Shown one piece after another: positions 1-9,658 of a stretch of DNA of 21,728 nucleotides. This DNA comes from Lama guanicoe (taxonomy: Eukaryota), in the NCBI GenBank assembly GCA_013239625.1, contig MU053911.1, forward strand, positions 672,132-693,859. Reading direction: 5' to 3'. Positions within the stretch are counted from its first letter, which is position 1. The number at the start of each line of letters is the position of its first letter. The position numbers were made by a program, and so were the translations under genes. A model generated the notes under the pieces. It was not told where the DNA came from, made no database searches, and saw nothing but the letters and a program-made list of their open reading frames with translations.

Positions 1-280
1 GCAGGCACGTGCCCAGTAACTACCTTTCAGTATCAGACACAAAAATCAAAGAAGGGAAAGAAATTACCTAAGTGCCGCTTGTTGACTGCACTGGGCAGTC
101 AGTGTTGGTGTGTCCATGGTACCTGGGAGGGACCTCAGACGTGCCAGCAAAACCACACCATCAACAGGACATCAGCTCAGCAACCTGACTGAGAACAGGA
201 GCATTTCTAGTTCTACAGATACTTACTTGTGACATCTGGACACATGGTTTTAAAACCTTTAACTGAAGAGGACAAAAGCT

Positions 281-398
281 ATTCATTTAATTAACCAAAT
301 ATTTAACGAGATTCCACTTCACATCAGGACCATGGTTGACCTTGAGAATAACAGAGATTAAAGACAAACTTTACACCCCGAGGGGATTTATAACTTAG
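281..398 (-). mobile_element. LINE L2 3' end fragment
   Basis: ATTCATTTAATTAACCAAATATTTAACGAG...CAGGAC...AGACAAA...TTATAACTTAG follows the reverse complement of the L2 3' terminus (TTCATTCAACAAATATTTATTGAG...CTTACATTCTAG); highly diverged. Confidence 0.6.
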
Positions 399-2019
399 AA
401 AAGACTTAACAGCAAATTTGCTTTAAACGGTCTTTAACACATGTGCCCCAGTTGGGTCTGAGTTTGTCACAGGCACTTTGAACCTTGGCAAATAGAGGTC
501 GTGTCATGGAAAGGCTGTCCAGTTAGGGTTTTGGACCCTGACCACAGTCCTACTAGACTGCAGCCACTGTTCCAACCAAATCACAGAATTTATTCTACCT
601 TCTCTGCCCACTGTACCGCCACCGGGCTATTAACCAGACTTCAACTTGACAGGTTTAAAATCCCACCTTATTTCTTGCTCACCCTAAGCTCAAGCAACTA
701 GTGAGCAGGCAAATGACCAGAAGACGGGAAAGAGGATAAAAGCAAGCGACTGGGATGGTAACAAAGACTGTGACAGCTGAGAACTGCCCGCCACTTGTTG
801 GCTTCTCAGGGAACCTCTTGCATAAATACAGGTGGCTTAATTTTTTAACAAGATTTCTTTTTCAGGGCCCTCAGCCACCAGGAGAGGAAGACAAAGGTAA
901 AACATGATCATTTATTAAAATGGTTTCGGGCATTCAAAATCAGAAGAAAGGATAGAGCAGAAAGAAAACTCTGGCCACTTTCTCAGAAGACAACAGAGAG
1001 TGAAGACTCACGTCAAGTCTGTTCCCTGACGTAAGCACCACTGGTGGTGGGCACCAGCTCTCTGAGCGTCTGTCCTTCACCCTGTCAATTGGTTACCCAC
1101 ATTCTGAAGCTGAAATTCTGCATAAAGCAGTGCTCCCCAAATCGACACCACCTCTGTGGGGTGGCTCTTTAAGAACGGAATGTTAGAAATCCAGCTCTGG
1201 CAAGAAGCTAGAGATCTATTTATTTCTCATATCCCACCCCAACTTTATCAAGCCCAAACTTGCATACATGCACACTTTCTTCAAGAGGAAGCCCAGCTTC
1301 CGAGACACAGAGCACCTCAACTCAGTGCACTGGTCCCTCGGTGTCCACACCGCCCACTGCATCTGCCAGGGATGCTGGTGCATCTCCCGAGGATGGTAAA
1401 ACTGACGGAGCTCCTTGGAGACGCAGCCTTGTTCTCATCAGAGTTCCACTCGGGGGGCACGTGGCACACACAAAATCACACCCCTGCCCCCTTCACTTTT
1501 GTTTTGCTGGAAAGAAGTACCGCCACCCTCACACTCGCCACAGGAAGTCTTCCAAGGAAACGTGGAGTCTGTCCGGTCACTTCACAAAGGCCACATCCAC
1601 AACTGGCCGCTCAAGGATGAGCAGTGCAGGAAAGAGCATGGCACTAGGCAGCCGCAGGTTATGTCACTACCACTGGTGACCTTATAAACTTACGTAAGTC
1701 ACGCAGGCATCTTCACATTCCGAGGTCAAACTTGGGATGTGAAAATCAATTGTAAACAGTGAACACGTTGGGGAGAGTGGATTAAGCAAAAGCCGCACTT
1801 TTCTGTCACATCCCACCAGCAGGAACAAAAAGCGTATGTGGAAACAAGCTCAGAGTCCAGCCCTGAGGACCCGCCTCTCCCGAGCTAGCTGTGCAGCGGC
1901 TCCAGAATGGACCCTGACTGGGGAAAAGGAGAGTGTGCTTTTCAATCAGAGCAGTTTGTCAAAGGCACTCCAACCGTCATTTGGATCTGGAACAGCTTAC
2001 AAAGGCCTTTTCTCTAATG

Positions 2020-2100
2020 GGCTGCAGTCACAGCGTTCTTCAGTGACTCTGGGCTTGGAACCAGGTCTTCCAGCCCTGATTCTAGGCTCCTTATCAGTTC
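2020..2100 (-). mobile_element. MIR fragment
   Basis: GTCACAGC...CTGGGCTTGGAACCAGGTCTTCCAG resembles antisense MIR (GTCACACAGC...CTGGGACTTGAACCCAGGTCT). Confidence 0.45.
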
Positions 2101-2349
2101 ATCAGTATCTAAAAACAGTGTAGGAATCTGAAATAGATTATAAAACAGGACGGGGTCCACGAGAATTTAGAGCTGTGGTTTTGAGTAGACCGAGCATACT
2201 GTGAACGGCCAAAAAGGACTTTCCACTACTAGGAAGTCAACATCTGTTTTGTTTTTTCTCAGTGATTATAGTATTTTTTTAAGTGATTAAATTGACAGCA
2301 TTTAATAGTCCTGGAATTAGACCCAAATTCTGATTTCACCTCTGCCATC

Positions 2350-2522
2350 TTTTTTTCTTTCTTTCTTTCTTTTTTTTTTTTTAACAATTTCATTGTGGAA
2401 TGGTTCCTGTACAGTAAACTACACATATTTCAGGTGTACAGTTGGATGAATTTGAGATACATATACACCTATGGGACCACTACCACAATCAAGACAGCTA
2501 ACATTTCCATCACTCCTCAAGA
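2350..2522 (-). mobile_element. Old LINE-1 (L1M, L1MB/MC-like) 3' end with (TTTC)n/poly-T tail
   Basis: Poly-T/(TTTC)n at 2350-2382 followed by GGTGTACAGTTGGATGAATTT...ACCACTACCACAATCAAGACAGCTAACATTTCCATCAC, typical of the antisense L1M 3' UTR. Confidence 0.8.
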
Positions 2523-2530
2523 GGGGCAAA

Positions 2531-2640
2531 CACCACATTTTACACAGAGATAAATGGAAGACTGAACGGGAGGACTTTCTCAGGTTCATGAAGAAGTCCG
2601 ATGTTGCAGCTGGAATTCAGCTATCCTGATGCCCATGCTG
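2531..2640 (-). mobile_element. MIR fragment
   Basis: CACATTTTACACAGAGATAAATGGAAGAC...CAGGTTCA...GCAGCTGGAATTC...GCCCATGCT, the diverged antisense MIR core. Confidence 0.55.
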
Positions 2641-2759
2641 CATCCGTGCTGGGCACACGTGCATGCTTCTGCAGGCATGTGGATCAGACACCCAGTTCTC
2701 TCTGACCAGGGAGGGTCACCTTGCTGGCTCACCTTGAGGATATTGCCTCCTTACCAGTC

Positions 2760-3045
2760 ACAGATGAGTGCACTGGCCTGCAGTGTCATTCAGGCCACCA
2801 AGGAGGGTGATGGAGAGCTTCGGATGGAGTTTTCTCAGAAGGACATAAGACAGAGACACAGGATAAGAGGCAGCACTCCCTACTGTCTCGGATGTCGTTG
2901 GGTGTGGACGTGATGCCTGGAACTGCTGCAGCCAGGTTGCAGCCCTGAGGAGCCAGCCTTAGGATGAAGTCAATTTAGGAAATAAATAAATAAACCTTGC
3001 ATTATTTAAGTTTAGAGCCTTGTCTAAGGAACATAATGCATTCTT
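2760..3045 (+). mobile_element. MaLR solo LTR fragment (MLT1J/K-like)
   Basis: Diagnostic block GGACGTGATGCCTGGAACTGCTGCAGCCAGGTTGCAGCCCTGAGGAGCCAGCCTTAGGATGAAG, then AATAAA and TTATTTAAG as in the MLT1 3' end. Confidence 0.75.
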
Positions 3046-3069
3046 ATTATTTTAAACCACTTTGACTTG

Positions 3070-3170
3070 TAGTGCCAGGCACGGATGGTGCTCAAGTAAT
3101 GTACAGAAAAATAAAATGTCTGGATGGATGGCTGGATGGTGGACAGATGGATGGACATGTGGACAGATGG
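3070..3170 (+). mobile_element. L2/MIR 3' terminus with (TGGA)n tail
   Basis: AGTGCCAGGCACGGATGGTGCTCAAGTAATGT followed by degenerate (TGGA)n at 3121-3170. Confidence 0.6.
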
Positions 3171-3214
3171 GAGGATATGTGGTTTAATATACTTATATAA
3201 CCATTGCCACCTGT

Positions 3215-3380
3215 TGTTTAATCTTCATGACAATCCAGAGTGGAAACTGTCATTACATGCATGTCACATAACAGGAGACTTAGCCTCACAGAAGTCGGAG
3301 GAGGTGCCCAAGGTCAGACAATCACGGAGGGCGAGACAGGTTTGAGCCCACCTGGTGTGACCCAGAGGCCAAGGGCTCCC
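3215..3380 (-). mobile_element. MIR
   Basis: TTTAATCTTCATGACAATCC...TGCCCAAGGTCAGACA...GGTTTGAGCCCA...CCAGAGGCC is colinear with the antisense MIR consensus. Confidence 0.75.
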
Positions 3381-5861
3381 CTGCTCCCTGATACCACTGC
3401 TTGGAGACGTGGGGGATGTCTGAACAGTAACCAGTTGTTTCCATTCCGAAGTCTACTTCGGTACCGGCAGTTACTTCCTGACAGAAGCAAGGGTGACTAA
3501 CCAGAGAATGGCTTCTAACTCTCTGCACAGGATTAGAACCAAGTTCTCCGTTTATTGATCAGCTGCCCAACAGTTCAGCAGGAGAGGGAGTGAAGACAAC
3601 CTGTCTGTCGTCTAATTCGGAACACTTCTGAGTGGAGAGACACACTGTTAATCATTAGCCGTCATGACAGGCATGGACTCGGATGGTCCGGGGTTGAACA
3701 GGAGAGACGGTCAACCTGGAGAAGGCCAAGGAGAGCCCCCGGCTCCGCTCTGTCCTAGAAGTGTCGTCATGAAGAAAGCACAGCTCGTGACGAGCACGCC
3801 CTCACCCTTTTCCCCGGGAGCGGAGTCATGCTGCTTCTGTCCTCTTTCATATTCTATTGAATCATTAGTCATTTCTTCTGAAATTGACAGCAAAAATCCC
3901 AGAGTTTCAGGGATTTGGGGGCGCCTTGGGGACTGGCAGCAAAGAGTGCCCAACCTCAAGCTGGATGAGCAGTCATAGGGTGCTTGTCACTTCACCGACT
4001 GGCAGACACCGAGGCCCAGCGTAGGAGAGGGAAACTGTGCCATGAGAAACTGAGATAAAGAAGACAACAAAATAGAGAGAAAACACAAAAGAGCTGGCCC
4101 TGAAAGAGCGCTGGTATCCAGGGGCGCGTGCTACTTGCCCTGTTTCACCATAACCCTGGGATGCTTTTAATTACTTGGCTCTGTTACAAACAGCGCCTGA
4201 CTATTCTGTCGGAGGGTCAGGGATAACAGCGGGGCCTGCCCTTTCCTCGTGCTTAAAGGGACACCACCCCACACACGTTCAGGGACACCCAACCTGGAAC
4301 GGCTGTCGGGAGCGACAGGCGTTTTTCCTGGCCGGTCTTTCCCCAGAAAAGCCTCTCCCGGAGACTGTGCCCGTGAGAAGAAGTCGGCACCATCAGACGC
4401 TGTCTAATAACCCAGAGTAAGATTTTGTCTGAAGCTCAGCAAATGCCTAGTCCATCCCATATTTAGTGCTCACACTGAGACATGTCCCAGACAGTGGGAT
4501 TAGAGGACAGAAAAAGAAAAACCAGTGAATACAATGCTGATGATAAAAAAAATTGAATTTTGGATAAAAATAAGACATGATTTTTTCTTTTGCCTTTTGT
4601 CCTCCCAGTTCAGGACATGCGCCCAGTTTCTTAAATGACGTTAATTATACTCTACCCATTAACCCATTAAGTTAAAACATTCATTTAATAAGCTCCAATC
4701 AGATTTAATCTGAGAATTTATTTTACACTAGAGCTAATTAAAAGGATGCTTGAATAGAAAAGTCCAGCCTGTTTCTACATGAGAATAAAAAATGCCCTGT
4801 CCTCAGGAGGGTTAAAAAGAATGATCATTTTCATATTTGTTACTTCTTCTTTAAATTTTATATTTTGCTTGTCTCCTTAACTTTAAATCTTTCAGATTGC
4901 ATAACCCCAATTAAGAAAAATAAAAAGCAAATTGAGAGCCAGTATTCACAGAGGAATGCTGTTGGCTAGGGCCCCAGATATTTTTTTTGTCTCTCCAGTG
5001 AATTGCTTGTAAAATTTCCAGGAAGTTTGGGAAAACTTTGCATTGACATCATTCGGCAAACTTGGAAAAGCTTTACTGGGGGAGAAGCGGAGACCAAGCC
5101 AGCCGTCTGGGGTATTGATCCTGCAATGTTTGTAGACTCAGTTAAGGCTGATGAATTTTGCAGAAATCTTTCTCTCCTTCCTGCCTACGTTTCCAGTCTC
5201 TTTACTGAGGAATAACTTAATAATTTAACCCTGTTTGGTTGTATCTTTCCTCCAGGTTTTCTCCCTTCTGAGTTTCCTTGTTTATCTTTGTCAGAATAAA
5301 TACTTCTGGGTGATCATATGGAAAAGCAAAGAAACTAAGTTGTAGGTTTATTTCACTTTAAAGCATAAGAATATAGTATCAGACAATATAACTGATGAAT
5401 TTATACCAAAACATACTATGAATTACTCTTTAGATTTAAAATTATTAGGTTTGGGGGTCTGTCTCTTTTAATTAAAAAAAGAAGTCATTTCAAATCACCC
5501 TTTTAACTGGATGGGTTTTTTTTCTCTCCTGTTTTTCATTTTAGTGGCACAGATTCATGTCATATTTCACTAGAAACCTTTTAGAATTTTATAATCACCT
5601 TATACATGAATTTAAATTGATAAGCTATTAGAATAGTATATTGAACTACAAAAAATATATTAGTAAAATACAGAAAAAAGGTTTTCTTCTTTAAAATACA
5701 ATTTTTAAATGTGACAAATACTTCTCAGAGAAATACTGTATTCATAAGAATATATTTTTTAAAAAGAATATATTTTGGAGGAAGAAGGTGTGAATTAAAA
5801 ACACTGTGAGCACTTTCACGTTATAGTGTTCACCGCTGCGTTTACTTGGCCAAAGACTGTC

Positions 5862-6210
5862 TTTTCTAACACGTGTTACATATCACACAGTTAAATTGTG
5901 CAGTTCAGTGTTTTTGTTGTACATGCACATATTCACAGATGTGTTCAGCCATCATCATCAGAGCCCAGTTTAGAATATTCTCATACCTCACAGAGAAACC
6001 CCAAGCCTTTAGCTGAGCACCCCCACCTCCCACCCTGCCTCCACTCCCGATCCCGGGCGACCACCAATCTACGTTCTGTCTCTGTGGATTTTCCTGTTCT
6101 GGACATTTTGTACCAATGGAATCAGGGAATATGTGGTCTTTTATGACTGGCTTCTTTAACTTAGCATGATGTTTTCAAGGGTCATCCGTGCTGTGGATGG
6201 ACTCCATTCC
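5862..6210 (-). mobile_element. LINE-1 L1MB-like 3' UTR fragment
   Basis: ATATTCACAGATGTG...ACCACCAATCTACGTTCTGTCTCTGTGGATTTTCCTGTTCTGGACATTT...GACTGGCTTCTTTAACTTAGCATGATGTTTTCAAGGGTCATCC. Confidence 0.9.
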
Positions 6211-6347
6211 CTGTAAAAGCTGATTGGAAGAACTTTTTAGTGTCTAGATTTGAGTGACTTAAGCCTCTTTATTAACTCGCTTCAAATAAAATTCTGAGGA
6301 GCATCTTCTCATCGTGGGATACAGTGGTTCTTCAAAAAACATATTGT

Positions 6348-6642
6348 TCTCACAGATATAGAAAACAAACATGGTTACCGGGGGAACAGGGTTGTAGGAA
6401 GGAATAAATTGGGAGTTCGAGATTTGCAGATACAAGCTACTATATATAAAATAAACAACAAGGTCCTACTGTAGCACACAGGGAACTGTATTCAAGATCT
6501 TGTAAGAGCCTATAATGAAAAAGAATATGAAAAGGTATATATATATATGTATTACTGAATTATTATGCTGGACACCAAAAATTAATACATCATTATAAAT
6601 TGATTATACATACTTCAATAAAAAAGTGAAAAATAAAAAAAT
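6348..6642 (+). mobile_element. Lineage-specific LINE-1 3' end (cetartiodactyl/camelid type), 5'-truncated, with A-rich tail
   Basis: CTCACAGATATAGAAAACAAAC...ATAAATTGGGAGTTCGAGATTTGCAGATAC...CAGGGAACTGTATTCAAGATCTTGTAA...ACTTCAATAAAAA plus A-rich tail. Confidence 0.9.
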
Positions 6643-7022
6643 GAAATGACACAAAAGAAATGTTTTTTTAAATTTCAAATATTTTTTAAAAATATTTTTG
6701 AAAAGAAAATATTTTGAAATGTTTAACATATTTTTAAACATTTTTAAAAATTTTATTAAATTTTTCTGTATCTTATGAATTCTTTCTTTAAAAAATATAA
6801 TGTATAAGTCAAGTGAGATATTGTCTCATTCTGAAATTATCGGCAAATAGCCAATATTATTAGTATTATATATTAAGGTTATATATTGATAATAGTAATA
6901 TTATTAATATATTACATGTAATATTATATTAATATGTTGATGTGAACATATGATGTATTACTATAGCATATTGTTAGTATAATATAATATTTATATATAT
7001 AAGATATTAATGTAACATAATT
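6643..7022. repeat. AT-rich low-complexity tract
   Basis: Almost exclusively A/T with degenerate TATTA/AATAT and TTTTAAAA units. Confidence 0.85.
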
Positions 7023-7182
7023 AGCAAGTAACTGTGTTCTGTAAAATGCACATGACTATTCAGGAGGGTTGGAAGGTCCCAGGTAAGATGTGTTACAGAT
7101 ATTCTGAGAGAAAACTTTTACAACTGAAAGGATTCCGAGCTTGTTTTATGTTCTTACATAAAAGTCATTATTTGCTGAAGAC

Positions 7183-7445
7183 ATTATTTATTGAAATGTT
7201 TGCATGCGCAACGCTTAGCCCCACACCTGCCCCACAATGTGCAAAACTCTTTGCATATTCATGTTATTCAAATGCTTATGCTTATTTAATCCACAGTTTT
7301 ACAGATTAGATGTCAGTCTGTTCCCCAGTTTACAGATTGAGGAATTGAGACCAGAGAACTTTCTGGAAGTTTCTCAGGGTCACACAGATAGCAAGGAGCA
7401 GAGCTTAGATTCAAACACAGAGCCTCATTTCAAATCCTGGTTTCA
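7183..7445 (-). mobile_element. MIR, near full length
   Basis: ATTTATTGA...TTATTTAATCC...CCCAGTTTACAGATTGAGGAATTGAGACCAGAGA...AGGGTCACACAG...GCAGAGCTTAGATTCAAAC. Confidence 0.85.
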
Positions 7446-7467
7446 AAACTCCAGAGTCTAAGTTTTT

Positions 7468-7600
7468 GTTCCCCAAGATTTTACTATGAAAATTGTCTAA
7501 CCTCTAGAAAGGTTGAAGGAACTTTAGATTCTGCAATTAGCATTACCCACCCTTCAGTTTGTTACATACCTATCCATTTACCCATCCCCCTAGCCATCCC
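7468..7600 (-). mobile_element. Old LINE-1 (L1MC/ME-like) 3' end fragment
   Basis: ATTTTACTATGAAAATTGTCTAACCTCTAGAAAGGTTGAAGGAA...TAGATTCTGCAATTAGCATT resembles the antisense L1MC4/5 terminus. Confidence 0.55.
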
Positions 7601-7620
7601 CCAGGTAGGATTATTTTTCA

Positions 7621-7740
7621 GTTAATTTCACCGCAGAGCTCAGGCTCTGGCGTCAGGGCAGCTCAGCACATAGGTCCCGGCTCACCTGCTTTATCGGCTC
7701 CTAGGTGGTCTCCACTTCCTCACCTGGAGGGTGGACACAG
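7621..7740 (+). mobile_element. MIR 5' part (interrupted by MLT1)
   Basis: AGAGCTCAGGCTCTGGCGTCAG...TCCCGGCTC...CTCCACTTCCTCACCTG matches the MIR 5' half and core. Confidence 0.6.
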
Positions 7741-7744
7741 TAAC

Positions 7745-8232
7745 GGTGCTTCGGAAGCTTATCTGTAATGTGGGCCCAGTACTTCTCCTGGATCTGCGTC
7801 CTGCTGCAACACGACTTCATACCTTTTCCCATTGCAAGGTGGAGTCAATTTCCCTCCCCCTGAACCAGACCTGGACTTGTGACCTTGACTTGCTTTGGCC
7901 CTAGAGAAGCAGAAGAAATTATCACGTGCCTGCTCTGAACATAGTGGTCAAGAATATTCCATGTGTCCGCTCCTCCTCTCTGAAATCTGCCCGTAGCTGT
8001 GTGAAGAGGCTTTGGCTGGGATGCTGAAACGCGGACACCACAGGGAGCCGAGGCCTGTCCAGACCAGCCAGCCCCCAGTGACCCAGCAGCTGCCAGAGGC
8101 TCCAGGCGACCCCAGGGACCGGAAGATCCACCCAGCGCTTCCAGGTCCAGCCCGCAGAGAATTATGAGCTAAACAAATGGTAGCTGTTTTAAGCCACCAA
8201 GTCTGGGGATAGAACACAGAAAAATGATTCAA
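7745..8232 (+). mobile_element. MaLR solo LTR (MLT1G/H-like), near full length
   Basis: AGGTGGAGTCAATTTCCCTCCCCCTGAA...GACTTGCTTTGGCC...CCAGACCAGCCAGCCCCCAG...AGAATTATGAGCTAAACAAATGGTAGCTGTTTTAAGCCAC. Confidence 0.85.
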
Positions 8233-8249
8233 GAATCTGTTTCAAGAGA

Positions 8250-8330
8250 TAGTGTGAGGATTAAAACAAAGACAATACATACAAGGTTCTCTGAGCTGTG
8301 TCTGCCATTTGGGAAATCCTCAGTAACCAT
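8250..8330 (+). mobile_element. MIR 3' part
   Basis: GTGTGAGGATTAAAACAAAGACAATACAT...CTGTGTCTGCCA...CTCAGTAA continues the MIR consensus after the LTR. Confidence 0.6.
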
Positions 8331-8544
8331 GGACACCAGCTTCCCTCATTAGGCATAAACTGCTCTAGTTTCTCCATGAGGACTCCAAGATCCACTTCCC
8401 CCACTGCGATGTTTTTCCCTTCCCTTCTTTCTTAGAAATATGTGGCATCCTTGGGTCAGTCTCCTTTGGGTTACCTACCAAGTCAACTTTGTCTGCTCCT
8501 AAGTTCTCTGCTTATTTCACTCATCCCACACTCTGGTGAATTCG

Positions 8545-8642
8545 TATTAGTGTCTCTCCTGGAATCCAGGGTATATTTCGTTCACATTTGTGACCTCAGC
8601 AATAGCACACTATTCAGTTAATATATATTGAATAAATGGATA
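8545..8642 (+). mobile_element. L2 3' end fragment
   Basis: CAGGG...TTCACATTTGTGACCTCAGCAATAGCACAC...TCAGTTAATATATATTGAATAAATGGAT. Confidence 0.55.
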
Positions 8643-9289
8643 AGAAATTAAAACCTAAAAAGCTATGTTTTATGCCCAGAGCTCGAAAGTCCTTATTCTA
8701 TTCACATGGTTTGTCACCTTAGTCAGTTTACTTCCATTTATTTTCAAAAGAAACACCTTCTTCAAATTAATGACATGTAAGTTCCACATTCATTTTGCAT
8801 TTATAAATACATCACAGCCTACCGAAAAATGTCACTAGAGCCCACCCACACTCTAAGTTGCTGTAAGTTACTTGTCTCAATATTTATGCCAAAATACTTG
8901 ATATTTACAACTGAAGAGCTTCATGAGACGGTGTGTGACTGTGTCCGTGTGCTGTTAGGGGAGGCTGTTCGCCCGTGTCAGGCAAACGCTGATTGACTTA
9001 CGGTGAGACCTGGTCCTTTCCCCTCTGGAAGACACCGTCCTCGTTTGGTGAATATTTATGGATTAAAAGATGAGTGAAGGAGAAATATAGTGTAAGTCAT
9101 CAGAGGACAGCCCTGAGGGGAAGAACGTTATCACTGCAGATCATACACGGCTCACGTCCTCTGAGCGGTCGGCTCGTCCGGCACCGTCCGCCTGGGCTCC
9201 CCTCCCCCACCCTGACTGCCACATGCGACGGGGGGGCCCTGAGGGTGGGCAAAGGGCAATTTTAAGTAACCAGTTTTTCCCTTTAATTA

Positions 9290-9376
9290 GTGTGTGTGTG
9301 TTTGTGTATGTTTTCCTGCTTGTTATGATGGAGGTGCTGGGGGTGCCTTACCACTGAGCTATCCACTCCCCACCCC
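9290..9376 (-). mobile_element. tRNA-derived SINE remnant (camelid Vic-1-like), internally deleted
   Basis: The reverse complement reads GGGGAGTGGATAGCTCAGTGGTAAGGCA-CCCCCAGCACCTCCAT followed by an A/CA-rich tail; the Pol III A-box TAGCTCAGTGG is present and the B-box is absent. Confidence 0.65.
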
Positions 9377-9467
9377 GACTACTGACTTTTGAAAGTAACT
9401 TTACAACACCTTTTACGTGTACATGTGTGCAGTGGTCATGTTTCATCACTGTTGTACAAAATAACCC

Positions 9468-9658
9468 TTTTTTTAATTGAAGTATAGTCAATTACACTGT
9501 GTCAATTTCTGGTGTCCAGCGTCATTGCCCAGTCATGTTTATCATTTTCATACTCTTTCTCGTTAAAGGTTATTACAAGATATTGAATATAGTTCCATGT
9601 GCTCTACAGAATAAATTTGGTTTTTGTCTGTTTTTATACACAGTGGTTAACATTTGCA
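9468..9658 (-). mobile_element. Lineage-specific LINE-1 3' end (camelid/cetartiodactyl type)
   Basis: TTTTTTTAATTGAAGTATAGTCAATTACACTGTGTCAATTTCTGGTGT...AAAGGTTATTACAAGATATTGAATATAGTTCC. Confidence 0.9.

Noticed and set aside
1036..1460. CTCF-like strings (CCACCAGTGGTG on - near 1036-1049; CCACTCGGGGGGCAC at 1446-1460)
   Set aside because: Both are out of register with the CCASYAGRKGGCRS core by one base.
1156..1687. Three overlapping + strand ORFs (154, 139 and 90 aa)
   Set aside because: Non-ATG starts, no recognisable domain and GC-rich context; best explained as chance stop-codon scarcity.
4581..4998. Strong-looking + strand splice acceptors (AG at 4607-4608, 4894-4895, 4997-4998)
   Set aside because: No matching good donor or recognisable reading frame downstream; such tracts are common in T-rich DNA.
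6322..6335. hAT/MER5-like terminus CAGTGGTTCTTCAA
   Set aside because: No partner inverted repeat or internal homology found.
9328..9376. tRNA gene
   Set aside because: Only an A-box-like head; no B-box or cloverleaf, so it is a SINE remnant.
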